This document shows positions 17,800-28,068 of a DNA stretch of 32,000 nt, one piece after another (within the stretch, counting starts at the first letter, position 1; the number at the start of each line of letters is the position of its first letter). The notes below the pieces were generated by a model that worked only from the letters and a program-made list of their open reading frames with translations, searched no databases and had not been told where the DNA came from. The stretch is from a cyanobacterium endosymbiont of Epithemia turgida isolate EtSB Lake Yunoko (lineage in GTDB: Bacteria; Cyanobacteriota; Cyanobacteriia; Cyanobacteriales; Microcystaceae): contig NZ_AP012549.1 of the NCBI RefSeq assembly GCF_000829235.1, positions 690,001 through 722,000 of the forward strand, read 5' to 3'. The translations under genes were made by a program, and so were the position numbers.

Positions 17800-18510
17800 A
17801 TGTCAATGACCAATGATCTTGTTGTGCTTGCGAAACAAGAGGTAGGAAAGTCTGCCGTTGCTCGTATTCAATCTAATTCCATTGTCGGGTTAGGTACAGG
17901 CTCTACAACAGCCTATGCCATTCAATACATTGGAGAACGCCTCAAATCGGGAGATTTAAAAAATATTGTTGGGGTGACGACTTCCTTTCAAGGAGAAGTC
18001 CTAGCTAGAAAATACAATATTCCCCTGACCACCCTTGATGTGATTGATCATATTGACATTGCAATTGACGGCGCTGATGAAGTTGATCCGAAGAAAAATT
18101 TAATTAAGGGAGGTGGTGCTGCTCACACTCAAGAAAAAATAGTAGATAGCTTAGCTAGATTTTTGATTGTGGTAATTGATAGTAATAAGCTAGTAGATAA
18201 ATTGGGCTCAACTTGTCCGTTACCTGTGGAAGTAATCCCCAAAGCAGTAACTCCTGTTATGCGTCAATTAGAACAACTGGGAGGAAAACCGGAAATCCGA
18301 ATGGGACTCAGAAAAGCTGGACCTGTAATTACAGATCAGGGAAATTTAGTTATTGATGTCAAATTTAAAGAGATTAACGCTCCAAAAACCTTGGAAGTTA
18401 CCATTAACAATATTCCAGGGGTACTAGAAAACGGTTTGTTTGTTGGGATAACTGATTTGGTCCTAGTAGGAGAAATTATCAATGGTAAGCCAATAGTAAG
18501 GGAACTATAA
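17800..18510 (+). CDS. rpiA: Ribose-5-phosphate isomerase A
   Basis: 236-aa ORF with an AAGGAG Shine-Dalgarno sequence and the motifs [19 protein letters not shown] and [11 protein letters not shown]. Confidence 0.92.
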   Translation: MSMTNDLVVLAKQEVGKSAVARIQSNSIVGLGTGSTTAYAIQYIGERLKSGDLKNIVGVTTSFQGEVLARKYNIPLTTLDVIDHIDIAIDGADEVDPKKNLIKGGGAAHTQEKIVDSLARFLIVVIDSNKLVDKLGSTCPLPVEVIPKAVTPVMRQLEQLGGKPEIRMGLRKAGPVITDQGNLVIDVKFKEINAPKTLEVTINNIPGVLENGLFVGITDLVLVGEIINGKPIVREL

Positions 18511-18839
18511 ACTATAGCTGCTTTTGCCTAATGAACATCGATCTCCCCGTTGTCACAAACAAAGGGAGCTGTACCACTGAATTATTCTTTAGTTTATGTC
18601 AAGATAATTACATTTAATAGAATTTGTGTGTCATGGAGGATAAACATTAAAAATAAAAATTGTGACAAAAACTATTTATACCTGATTTGAGGAGATCAGG
18701 AATTCAAAGACTTTTAAGTTTAGATAATAACTCTGTTATGCTGTTTATAGCTAACTAAATTCAGCAACTCCAGAAATTATGACTAACAGCTAACAGTTAT
18801 GATAATTTTTATTCTAAAAATAACAGAGGAACCGTGAAG

Positions 18840-19700
18840 CTCAATAAGACGGTTAATAAAAGTGAACGAAATAAGTTAGATAGAATGGTCATCTCCGGAT
18901 AAATAAGACGTGCTTCAGTTCAACTAAACAAATTCTATTTGTTTAGAACATAATTCCGAAATATTTCAAATATTAAATAAAAATTTGGGCGGATATCTAT
19001 CCAGTAATAGGCTCAAACTCGGTCCATGGTATGTCCGATGACATTTATATAATCCAAAATAAAATTTATAGATGATCATGCTATAAAAGCGATTTTATCT
19101 GAGTTATTTTAACTTTATTGGAGATAGGGTGACTTTTTCATCGGACATACACCTTCCCTGTTCTCTGTTCTTTATTGCTTTAAACCACTTTCTGTGCTCA
19201 CGGTCAACACTTGAGGAGGAGTAGCATCAGGGGAATAGAAAAAATTTATTCTGACTAGCTTCCATACTTTGGGAAAAATCGTTTGTTTGACAAGAAGTTT
19301 GCCAATTCTCCCCTATGTTGAACAATATGAAAATAATAGGTTTACTAAGTATGCATCTGATCAAAATAACAGATGCTAATTCCTCCTAAAAAAAGACTTA
19401 TGAAGTAGGGAAATGAAGGAAACTTAACCCTCCAATTGATTTATCTCGTTTAACGGGAGTTTGTGGTGTACTCGTACACAACTTTAAGAAATGGTTAATA
19501 ATTTGTTAGTAACTATTGTTTCTTAACACTATCAGTCATTCACCGTATTTAAGGAAGTTGTTAGATAGTCAACTTTTTAAAAAATATTAAGTAAGAGTTA
19601 TAAATTCCTATCTGTTATTTTACCTATCCTAAAAAAATAGCAGAAGTTCCGTTAGTTTTAATTAAAAATTACTTGGTTAAATTTATTGCTTTTCTTAATT
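18840..19700 (-). pseudogene. D-isomer-specific 2-hydroxyacid dehydrogenase family pseudogene (glycerate/hydroxypyruvate reductase- or SerA-like, about 320-aa class)
   Basis: Reverse-strand fragments in shifting frames follow the family order. VVYEYTTNSR* corresponds to the ..V.NTPG.N motif. SKPIIFILFNIG is followed, after an apparent G-run frameshift, by GRIGKLLVKQTIFPKVWKLVRINFFYSPDATPPQV, which covers the NAD-binding GxGxIG region and F-G-M-x-V-x-x-Y-D-P. The remaining pieces are VCPMKKSPYLQ* (H.P.T..T..li), DIPWTEFEP (LDV...EP) and SLLLDRYPPKFLFNI. The borders are approximate. Confidence 0.5.
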
Positions 19701-19722
19701 TGAATAAATTTTAAATAGATGA

Positions 19723-21063
19723 CTAAGCTAAATTACCTGTCAAACTAAACGCACGAGCTTCCGTGATTTTTACTTCAACAATTTGACCTTTTAATTGATT
19801 AATATTCCCTCTAAAAAATGTTAAACGATTACCCTGAGTTCGTCCCATCAATTGAGTTTTATCTTGTGGGTTTTGTCCTTCTACTAATACCTTTTCTATC
19901 CGCCCTAAATATCGTTGTGATCTTTCAGTAGCTTTTTGTGCTACTAAATGATTGAGACGTTGTAGGCGCTCGCTCTTAACATCTTCACTTAATTGATTCT
20001 CCCACAAGGCTGCAGGTGTTCCAGGACGGGGAGAGTAAGCTGCTGTGTTGAGTTGATCAAATCCAATATCAGCGACCAATTTTAAAGTCTTCTCAAATTG
20101 TTTTTCTGTTTCCCCAGGAAACCCCACAATAGCATCAGCACTAATGGAAGCGTCGGGCATACGGTCCCGAATGTTAGAAATAATTCGGTGATATTTTTCT
20201 TGAGTATAGCCCCGTTTCATAGCTTTAAGTATTTCATTATCTCCTGACTGAAAGGGAATATGAAAGTGTTCGCATACCTTAGATAATTCTTGACAAGCAA
20301 CTATTAAACGTTCGGTAAAATAACGAGGGTGACTTGTCGCGAAACGAATACGCTCAATTCCAGGAACATCATGAATAGTGTAAAGTAAATCTGTTAGGGT
20401 GTGTCGATATCTGCCTGTTTCTACCGCTCCCGGTAAGTCTCGTCCATAGGCATCAATGTTTTGTCCTAAAAGTGTAACTTCTTTGTATCCTTGTTGTCCT
20501 AACACTTTTATCTCTCTTAAAATCTCTTGTGAAGTTCTCGACTGTTCTACACCACGTACATTAGGAACCACACAATAAGTACAACGTTCATTACAGCCAT
20601 AGATAATATTAACCCAAGCAGTAATCGCACTTTCTCTACAAGGTTTTGTGATATCTTCAACAATATGGATAGGTTCAGTGACAACTACTTGATTCCCATC
20701 AAAGACCTGTTGTAGTAAATCTTCTAGACGGTTAGCGTGTTGTGGTCCCATAACTAAGTCTAATTCAGGAACCCGACGCAGGATTTTTTGTCCTTCTTGT
20801 TGTGCGACACAACCAGATATTACTAAGGTTAAACTGGGGTTTTGATGTTTTCGTTTAGACTGTCTTCCTAAGTATGAATAAACTTTTTGTTCGGCATTAT
20901 CCCGAATAGTACAAGTGTTGTAGAGAATTAAATCGGCGTTATCAGGATCTCCTGACCAAATGAACCCCATGTTTTCGAGGATACCTGCCATGCGTTCCGA
21001 GTCAGCTTTATTCATCTGACAGCCAAAGGTAGTTATGTGATAGTAACGTTGGGAAGAAGCCAT
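19723..21063 (-). CDS. miaB: tRNA-2-methylthio-N6-dimethylallyladenosine synthase MiaB
   Basis: The N-terminal MTTase cysteine pattern ([11 protein letters not shown]...NTCTIR...SGC), the radical-SAM motif [11 protein letters not shown] and a C-terminal TRAM domain are all present. I prefer the ATG at 21063 to the upstream TTG at 21081 used by the track. Confidence 0.9.
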   Translation of the reverse strand: MASSQRYYHITTFGCQMNKADSERMAGILENMGFIWSGDPDNADLILYNTCTIRDNAEQKVYSYLGRQSKRKHQNPSLTLVISGCVAQQEGQKILRRVPELDLVMGPQHANRLEDLLQQVFDGNQVVVTEPIHIVEDITKPCRESAITAWVNIIYGCNERCTYCVVPNVRGVEQSRTSQEILREIKVLGQQGYKEVTLLGQNIDAYGRDLPGAVETGRYRHTLTDLLYTIHDVPGIERIRFATSHPRYFTERLIVACQELSKVCEHFHIPFQSGDNEILKAMKRGYTQEKYHRIISNIRDRMPDASISADAIVGFPGETEKQFEKTLKLVADIGFDQLNTAAYSPRPGTPAALWENQLSEDVKSERLQRLNHLVAQKATERSQRYLGRIEKVLVEGQNPQDKTQLMGRTQGNRLTFFRGNINQLKGQIVEVKITEARAFSLTGNLA

Positions 21064-21540
21064 AGCGTACGTAGGTTGCAAACTAGATATTTATCTTAGA
21101 AGAGTCTAGTCCTTCATTGTAAGCTTTTCATCATCCACATGACTTGTCTTAGAAACTAAAATGGATGAAACTAACTAAAATTAGATAGCAAGGCCGCCAC
21201 CAAATTTTAAATTAACTTTCAGTGAAAAATATTAACAACTAAGATAGGAAAGAGCGCAAATAGTGTAGTTAACTTTAGATTAAATCATTTTTGCATACCC
21301 GTTTATAATTTTTAAAATTTATTATGATACTCTTGAGAGTAAAAGGTCTTAATGGACCCGCAATCTAAGTGAGAAAAGCATTATTTTTAAGACCAACTAA
21401 TCCAGTTGAACGATTGTTTTATTATGAAGATTATACTTTATGGATACATTTGCATCAGTGATGAGAAAAAATTTAAGTTGTTTGTCATCTGAGGAGCTGT
21501 TAGTGAGTGTTCCGGGAGAAGAGAGAAATTGCTTACAAAG

Positions 21541-21574
21541 AAAAATAGAGAGCAGCATAAGAGCTTACTCTCTA
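21541..21574 (-). terminator. Possible intrinsic terminator of the COP23-like gene
   Basis: On the minus strand the stem tagagag/ctctcta (21546-21552 with 21568-21574) is followed by TTTTT, the complement of 21541-21545. It lies 70 nt after the stop codon. The stem is short (7 bp) and the loop is 15 nt. Confidence 0.35.
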
Positions 21575-21644
21575 GCAGATTGACCGAGTAAAATAGAAAA
21601 GAAAGAATTACATAACTGGAATTTCTCTTCTCTGAAATCTGATA

Positions 21645-22340
21645 TTATTCCACAACAGGAGGTAATTCCTCAACAGCAAGTTCAGGACCACCAATCCCTT
21701 CAGCAATACCGCCAGAAACACCAATTTTAAACTGGGTTAGGGTTGTAGCTGCTTGCTGTGCATTCTCAGGCTTTAGAGTGAAAATTACGTTTCTGGTGGA
21801 CGCATTTTCGGGATCATGAGAAAGGAAGATTACCCGCTCTCCATTAACTTTACCCACTAAGCTAGATTCGCTAAGTTGTGCTACCTGTTCGGGGGTAACT
21901 AAACCAAAGGCGTAGGAAAGATTGGTTAATCGAGCACTAACCGTTTGACAACGACTTTCAGGAATGTAAGCTCCATCAGGATGGCTAGAAGGTAGGGTTG
22001 CCGTCCAAACCATCATAGGTTGGCTATCCAGACCGTACTCAGCAGAAATATCTTCCGTGGTATAAACAGGGTAGTGATCAGGATCCATTGTTTCCCTTAC
22101 TGCTTTTTCTACAGTTGTGTAGCTTCCATCCCCTTGAGCTTCACAGGTAAAAACAACCTTTTCTTGAATATGGGGAATCACTGCGCGGTTGCTATCCCAA
22201 TCTACACTAGAAGGAAATCCTTCTGAGACCATGTTATACTGGGGATATTTAGGATGAGCTTGGGCTCCAGAAATTGTGCTTAGTAAACCAAGAGTGGCTA
22301 ATGCACTTGCCGCAACAACTTTAACTGAATTGTTAACCAT
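21645..22340 (-). CDS. COP23-like (circadian oscillating protein) secreted protein
   Basis: The start is set at ATG 22340 because GGAGGTCAAA lies immediately upstream. The signal peptide is MVNNSVKVVAASALATLGLLSTISGAQA. COP23-type landmarks recalled from memory are present: VFTCEAQGDGSYTTV, PMMVW, SRCQTVSARL, GKVNGERVIF and VIFTLKPENAQQA. The 32 N-terminal codons in the track ORF are probably not translated. Confidence 0.6.
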   Translation of the reverse strand: MVNNSVKVVAASALATLGLLSTISGAQAHPKYPQYNMVSEGFPSSVDWDSNRAVIPHIQEKVVFTCEAQGDGSYTTVEKAVRETMDPDHYPVYTTEDISAEYGLDSQPMMVWTATLPSSHPDGAYIPESRCQTVSARLTNLSYAFGLVTPEQVAQLSESSLVGKVNGERVIFLSHDPENASTRNVIFTLKPENAQQAATTLTQFKIGVSGGIAEGIGGPELAVEELPPVVE

Positions 22341-22729
22341 TTTGACCTCCAATGAGTGTAAGAAGCAGTAATTAATAGCTACTACTATATTTTTATAAAA
22401 CTTCCCATTAGCTAAAAGGCCCCGGGATAGTTCCACTTCCTCACCTCACACATTACGCCTTACAGGTCGTCAGTCGTCGTACCTTAACCTACGCGCTTTG
22501 TCTATAACTATAAACATCCTAACCGTATCATTATGTTCAAAATTTACAATAATAGCATTATTTTACAATTGAGTTAAAAACCTAAGATTTTCCTTCTTAA
22601 ATCAATGCCTATGACTAAAAGTAATCCAAGACTGGATGCTAGTGTACAGAAAAGAGATCACTTTAAAGTTTAATAGACAAAAGATATAATTCAGGAGTTA
22701 AATAGAATTAAAGCTAGTAGAAGAATCTT

Positions 22730-23392
22730 ATGGCAGCTGAACCTGAGCAGTTAACCGTTTATCAAGGACAATTTGGGGAATTTACTGTTACTCAAAATGA
22801 TCGCATAAAGGTCATCATATATCGTTTGGGGTTATGTTTAGCGTCCTTCAACTTTGCGATTGCTACTCTGTTAGTATTGATCATTGGAGAACAACTCTGG
22901 GTACTAAACTTGCTAACCCTATTATTTATGATGTTTTCAGTGGGATTAGGGATTAGTTTAGTAACTATTCACATTTATCTCCGTCCTCTCCATCGACTAT
23001 TGCAGATATTTTGGATTATTGGGACAATCACGGCATTAATAATTGCCTGGCAAAGCTCTGATCCTCTAGCCCTATTTGTCTACAATCATCCTTCAACCTT
23101 ATTCGGGATTGGTTTTACTTTTGCTGCTTTAACAGGTATCTTCTTCAAAGAAGCCTTTTGTTTTAATCGTTTAGAAACCAAATTTCTGACCTTTCTAGTT
23201 CCCAGTCTCTTGTTATGCCATTTAATAGAGATTCTACCGGTTAGGGTAGAATCCCTACTCTTAGCTAGTTGGGGATTATTATTTGTTATTTTTGGTTCAC
23301 GCAAAGCGATTCAAGCTATTCCCCCCGATATTGGTGATAAATCTGTATTCACCCATCTTGAACAACAACGTTCTATATCACTGTCATCGTAG
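22730..23392 (+). CDS. Polytopic membrane protein, DUF2301-like
   Basis: 220-aa ORF with about 6 hydrophobic helices. The N-terminal segment VYQGQFGEFTVTQNDRIKVIIYRLGL resembles the conserved cyanobacterial/plastid DUF2301 family; this is recalled from memory. Confidence 0.6.
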   Translation: MAAEPEQLTVYQGQFGEFTVTQNDRIKVIIYRLGLCLASFNFAIATLLVLIIGEQLWVLNLLTLLFMMFSVGLGISLVTIHIYLRPLHRLLQIFWIIGTITALIIAWQSSDPLALFVYNHPSTLFGIGFTFAALTGIFFKEAFCFNRLETKFLTFLVPSLLLCHLIEILPVRVESLLLASWGLLFVIFGSRKAIQAIPPDIGDKSVFTHLEQQRSISLSS

Positions 23393-23884
23393 TAAATAGA
23401 TCAGGGATGAAGTTAACCTTTTAACCCTTCAGATTTTTCTATCTTTCAACAACTGTCAGGATTATTTTACATCATAGATAAAAAACTCAGTGAACATCAC
23501 TCTTTAAAGGCTGATGTTTGATTATATTGCCAATAATATTTATATTTTCTCAAGGTCATCTCTGTGAAATTACATCGTCGAAGCCAACAGAACTGCTACC
23601 TCGACTATGGCAGTTAACGACTTGTGATCTCAGTTTAATTTAGAGATTACGAGAGCAACTAATTTATTCTTATCAGGTTTATATTTAAAATATTTATTTG
23701 TCCTGCCGATACCAACAAAACATAAAGATAAATAGCTTAACATTGTACATTTTATATTTTACAATTAACCTTAAAATTAAGATATCAAGCCTGTAGTATA
23801 GGTATAAAAATAGACAATTTATTTAACTTATCTTAAATGTCTATTAAGACAAAGCTCAGGACCACTTCAAGGTTTTCAATTATG

Positions 23885-23925
23885 AGCCCACTAGTTACTG
23901 AAACAATTTCTGTAACTAGTGGGCT
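23885..23925. repeat. 14-bp perfect stem hairpin
   Basis: agcccactagttac (23885-23898) is the exact reverse complement of gtaactagtgggct (23912-23925) across a 13-nt loop. It lies in the convergent spacer between 22730-23392 (+) and mutM (-). Confidence 0.8.
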
Positions 23926-23966
23926 ACCATGACTAAGTCTTAAATCTGAGTTGTTAGGAATGGGGT

Positions 23967-24017
23967 GCTGCCATGGTCTGAAAAGTTGATAAAAACGACT
24001 TTTCAGACCATGGCAGC
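23967..24017. repeat. 20-bp perfect stem hairpin
   Basis: gctgccatggtctgaaaagt (23967-23986) is the exact reverse complement of acttttcagaccatggcagc (23998-24017) across an 11-nt loop. There is no adjacent T-run on either strand. Confidence 0.85.
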
Positions 24018-24104
24018 CTCAACTTTCATTAGTAGTTATGAAAAATTGAAATTATAAGAACTAGTATGAGAAGTATTTTAAAGAGTAAAAGTGAGTGTAA
24101 CAAT

Positions 24105-24953
24105 TTACCTTTGACATTGCGGGCAAAAGTGTGCAGAACGTCCGCCTAATTTTAAGCGCTCAATGGCTGTTCCACAAACTCGACAGGATTCCCCTGTGCG
24201 ACCATAGACCCAGGCAATCTTTCCATAATTACCATTGATTCCCGTCACTCCTCGAAAATCACTAAAGGTTGTTCCTCCTTTATCGATAGCCTCTTTCAAT
24301 ACTTCAATAATTGATATTCTTAGCCTTTGAAGTTGTTTGCAATTTAAATTTTTAGCCATTACAGTCGGTCGAATACCGCTCTTGAATAAGGCCTCATCTG
24401 TATAAATATTTCCTAATCCTGCTACGATACCTTGATCCAATAACAGGCTTTTAATATTGCGTTGACTAGTTCTTAATCTTTCGGTTAAATAACCTAAAGA
24501 AAATTCTTCAGAAAAAGGTTCAGGACCCAATTTTTTTAACCCCGTAATAATTATTTCTGGATTTTGGTTTTGGGGAACCCACCATAGTCTACCAAAAGTG
24601 CGAACATCAACAAAACGTAGCTCTTGAGCTTTATCACAAAACAAACGTAAACGCGTATGTGTTTGTAGGGGTTCAAGTCGATTCAACCATAATAACTGAC
24701 CGGTCATTCGTAAATGAACGCCTAAAAAACCCCCATTTTTGCCGGATTTTTTTCTCAATCTTCCTAATAAATATTTCCCTCGTCGCTCCCACCCACTAAC
24801 GGTGACATTGGTAATTTGGGTTAAAAATTCCGTAACTGATAAAGGATAAGCGAGAGTACGATTCAGTAATACTTCGCCACCTTGTATTGTTGTTCCTAAA
24901 GTTAGCCGATTAAGACCTTGACGAACAGTTTCTACTTCAGGAAGTTCTGGCAC
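24105..24953 (-). CDS. mutM: Formamidopyrimidine-DNA glycosylase (Fpg/MutM)
   Basis: GTG start with an AGGA 7 nt upstream. The N-terminus is (M)PELPEVETV with the catalytic Pro2/Glu3, the H2TH region is present, and the C-terminal zinc finger is CRVCGTAIERLKLGGRSAHFCPQCQ. Confidence 0.92.
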   Translation of the reverse strand: MPELPEVETVRQGLNRLTLGTTIQGGEVLLNRTLAYPLSVTEFLTQITNVTVSGWERRGKYLLGRLRKKSGKNGGFLGVHLRMTGQLLWLNRLEPLQTHTRLRLFCDKAQELRFVDVRTFGRLWWVPQNQNPEIIITGLKKLGPEPFSEEFSLGYLTERLRTSQRNIKSLLLDQGIVAGLGNIYTDEALFKSGIRPTVMAKNLNCKQLQRLRISIIEVLKEAIDKGGTTFSDFRGVTGINGNYGKIAWVYGRTGESCRVCGTAIERLKLGGRSAHFCPQCQR

Positions 24954-25129
24954 AGTTTTATCCTAAAAATCATTATTAACAATAATAGTCCAGTCCGAGT
25001 ACTCTTATTTTAAGAGTGGTTCCTTCGTGTTTTCTTCTCTCCTTAGGTTAGAGTTAGATTATAGTCAAAGTTGATATCAGTTTGGCATCAACTTTGTATA
25101 AAAGTACTCTTTATTGGCGTATACTAAAA

Positions 25130-25311
25130 AATATGACATTATTTGATTAATTTTCGGTAAAACAAAGCTGTTGGTATCAACGCCACCAAGACTGCTGTTA
25201 AAGCTGACGATGATAGGATAGATAATTTTCTATTTGTCAACACTAGCAACAGTTCCTACATCTTTCGGGATTGCCTAGCTCTCCTAAACCTAAATACTAT
25301 TGGATAGCAAG
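25130..25311 (-). pseudogene. psaE: Photosystem I subunit IV (PsaE) pseudogene
   Basis: The reverse strand reads ..[40 protein letters not shown]... against PsaE ..YWF.[35 protein letters not shown].DEL. There is an in-frame TAG at 25230-25232. The N-terminal part (AIQ*YLG.. / VFRFRRA..) is frameshifted with further stops, and no ATG remains at the expected start near 25311. Confidence 0.8.
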
Positions 25312-26009
25312 ATCTTGATGGTCAAAATTTTAAATTGTATTGCAAATATGACCATGTTACCTCGACAAAATAAGTGAAATGTCACAAAACCCTTCAGACA
25401 GGAGAGTTTTCTCTAGCTATAAACTAGGTTTTTGGCTGATCTTTATAAGTTAGAGGATAATGTGGTAGCCAATACTAACCCAATAAATTGTTCAAGTTGT
25501 AAGTTCAGTAAACTTTGGATTCTCAAATAGTTTTAAGTAAGTTACTATGTCCTATGTTAGTTAGAATGGATAGGATTTTAAATCCCAAAAACCATAAACA
25601 CTAGAGTTAGCAGGAGTGCTCATAAGGCATGAATAGATTCGGCCCAAAATAATTAACATTAGACTGAATTCGGACTATAGGTGAGGAGGGAGTGTACGGT
25701 TAATTTTTTACTATCATAAATATTTTTTATTTATCAAAATTTTTCTATCTCCTTACCTCCAAAAGTTTTTCCTCAAAAATATTTATCAAGAAAAAAACAG
25801 TTTTATACTTAATAAAGTTAATTGGAAGACTCGGCAATCCTAGCATAATATCAGCAGTTAAGAATAATTTAAAAGAGTTATGCTGCTCCTAAGAATCTCT
25901 CATCTCTAGTGAAGGGAGTGTCAAAGCGGGTACCTTTTTATGATATCATTGCTGACGGTTCGCTATTGGCTTTATGGATTAATTCTAATAGCTTCACTTG
26001 TCTAACACT

Positions 26010-26432
26010 ATGCCCGTGATTGATCATCAGACCCCGACGGCTAAAACCGTTTCCCTCTCAGTTGATCCCATGAGAGATTACTATCAATTGCAACGCACTT
26101 TGTTGTTGTTGAGTTTATCTCTAACGGTGATTATTTTTATCTGTGTCTGGACTGTATATTCCCTAAATACTGCTCTTAACTACCTAGTAGGAGCTTTTGT
26201 CGGCATTGTTTATTTAAAACTATTAGCCGGGGACGTAGCACAAGTTGGTTTAGTCAAAAAACGGATAGGAACTAGAGGGATGGGATTATTTGTGACTTTA
26301 ATCGTTGTGGCTAGTCAATGGCAGAAAATGCATATTCTCCCAGTTTTTCTGGGATTTTTGACTTATAAAGCCGCCATAATTGCCTATATGCTCACAAGTA
26401 TTCTAATACCAGAATCTGAGCCAAGGCATTAG
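26010..26432 (+). CDS. atp1: ATP synthase protein I (atp1, operon leader gene)
   Basis: A small four-helix hydrophobic protein located directly upstream of the a subunit, as in cyanobacterial atp operons. I prefer the ATG at 26010 to the TTG at 25998 used by the track. Confidence 0.7.
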   Translation: MPVIDHQTPTAKTVSLSVDPMRDYYQLQRTLLLLSLSLTVIIFICVWTVYSLNTALNYLVGAFVGIVYLKLLAGDVAQVGLVKKRIGTRGMGLFVTLIVVASQWQKMHILPVFLGFLTYKAAIIAYMLTSILIPESEPRH

Positions 26433-26488
26433 GGCATCGAGAAATTTAACCATTCTCGTATTTTGATTAAGTAAATAAATCTCACCGA

Positions 26489-27229
26489 ATGACAATGTTA
26501 GATGGTTTGAGTTTTGTACAAACATTTCCTCTTGCTTCATTAGAAGTCGGTCAGCATTGGTACTGGGAAATTGGTAACTACCGGGTACATGGACAAGTAT
26601 TCATGACCTCTTGGTTCGTAATTAGCCTCTTGGTAATCGCATCTTTAGCCGCCACTCAAAATGTGCAACGCATCCCCAGTGGAATGCAAAATTTTATGGA
26701 GTATGTCCTAGAATTTTTGCGAGACTTGGCTAAAAATCAATTGGGAGAGAAGGAATATCGGACTTGGTTACCTTTTATTGGGACCTTGTTTTTATTTATC
26801 TTTGTCTCTAACTGGTCAGGTGCGTTAATTCCTTGGGCGCTAATTAAACTACCAGAAGGAGAATTAGCTGCTCCTACCAACGACATCAATACCACTGTTG
26901 CCTTAGCATTACTAACTTCTCTAGCGTACTTCTATGCTGGTCTAAGCAAGAAAGGATTGAGCTATTTTTCTCACTATATAGAGCCAATTCCTGTTCTCTT
27001 GCCAATTAAAATCTTAGAAGATTTTACCAAGCCTTTATCGCTAAGCTTCCGTTTGTTTGGAAACATCCTAGCTGATGAATTAGTGGTGGCCGTATTAGTC
27101 TTCTTAGTGCCTTTATTCATTCCCCTACCCATTATGGCCTTGGGGTTGTTCACTAGTGCGATTCAAGCCTTAGTATTTGCTACCTTAGCGGGAGCTTACA
27201 TTCATGAGGCGATCGAAGAAGAACATTAA
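26489..27229 (+). CDS. atpI: F0 ATP synthase subunit a
   Basis: 246-aa ORF with [21 protein letters not shown] near the N-terminus and the essential Arg motif [13 protein letters not shown]. The gene is named atpI in cyanobacteria and atpB in E. coli. Confidence 0.93.
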   Translation: MTMLDGLSFVQTFPLASLEVGQHWYWEIGNYRVHGQVFMTSWFVISLLVIASLAATQNVQRIPSGMQNFMEYVLEFLRDLAKNQLGEKEYRTWLPFIGTLFLFIFVSNWSGALIPWALIKLPEGELAAPTNDINTTVALALLTSLAYFYAGLSKKGLSYFSHYIEPIPVLLPIKILEDFTKPLSLSFRLFGNILADELVVAVLVFLVPLFIPLPIMALGLFTSAIQALVFATLAGAYIHEAIEEEH

Positions 27230-27379
27230 TCCTTATAAGGGATGAAGCAATGATCGAGCGTCGTAAATTGAATATTAGGATCTGTTATTGAAATATGTCC
27301 AAAACATAGGACAATATCAGATGAGTTCATTTTTACAATTCAACATCGAGAATTGCTGAACTCTTCAAGCATATAGGGG

Positions 27380-27409
27380 TTGACTAGTAGGGCTTTTTTC
27401 CTCGAGAAT
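27380..27409 (+). promoter_or_regulatory. Sigma70-like promoter candidate inside the atpI-atpH spacer
   Basis: TTGACT (27380-27385), an 18-nt spacer, then GAGAAT (27404-27409), lying 150 nt upstream of atpH. This rests on sequence resemblance only. Confidence 0.25.
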
Positions 27410-27503
27410 CAGAGAGAACTCCGCCGTACGACGATGGAGCCGGTTCTGACCTTCGGTCAATAACTATTCATTGCTTGGGAACGTCAACCTCCATGGTTGT
27501 TAA

Positions 27504-27803
<300 letters not shown>

Positions 27804-27811
27804 AAAGTTTT

Positions 27812-27989
27812 GAAACAGTAGAGACGCACGTTGTGTGAAGGCAAAAAGCGAAAAGAGACAATACAGTCCTTACTACTTTGACTAATGTTAAGTGTCAACT
27901 CAGATAATATCGGGTGTAGTAAATAAAAAAAAGTTTGTATTGACTTGGCCACTTGCGACTTCAATCATTGTCTCGTCTCTACTGATTTC
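27812..27989 (+). repeat. Nested long-range inverted repeat in the atpH-atpG spacer
   Basis: Outer helix: gaaa-cagtagagacg (27812-27826) pairs with cgtctctactg-a-tttc (27974-27989), giving 15 bp with a 1-nt bulge. Inner helix: gagacaat (27855-27862) pairs with attgtctc (27967-27974). The structure begins 9 nt after the atpH stop codon. Confidence 0.7.
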
Positions 27990-28068
27990 TCTAGCACACT
28001 AAGCAAAGATTCGTTAGCCGCTTAGATCTTTTTTGTTTTGACTGAAAAATCAATGGGAACCGCAAAAA

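Noticed and set aside
19029-19150. 13-bp inverted repeat, gtatgtccgatga / tcatcggacatac, about 100 nt apart.
   Set aside because: Both arms lie inside the 2-hydroxyacid dehydrogenase remnant and flanking pairing does not extend. It is probably coincidental or a by-product of the decayed coding sequence, not a discrete element.
25916-25944. TATGAT at 25939-25944, considered as the -10 element of the atp operon promoter.
   Set aside because: No acceptable -35 hexamer occurs at 16-18 nt spacing (the sequence there is gagtgt/gtgtca). The evidence is too weak to annotate without transcription start site data.
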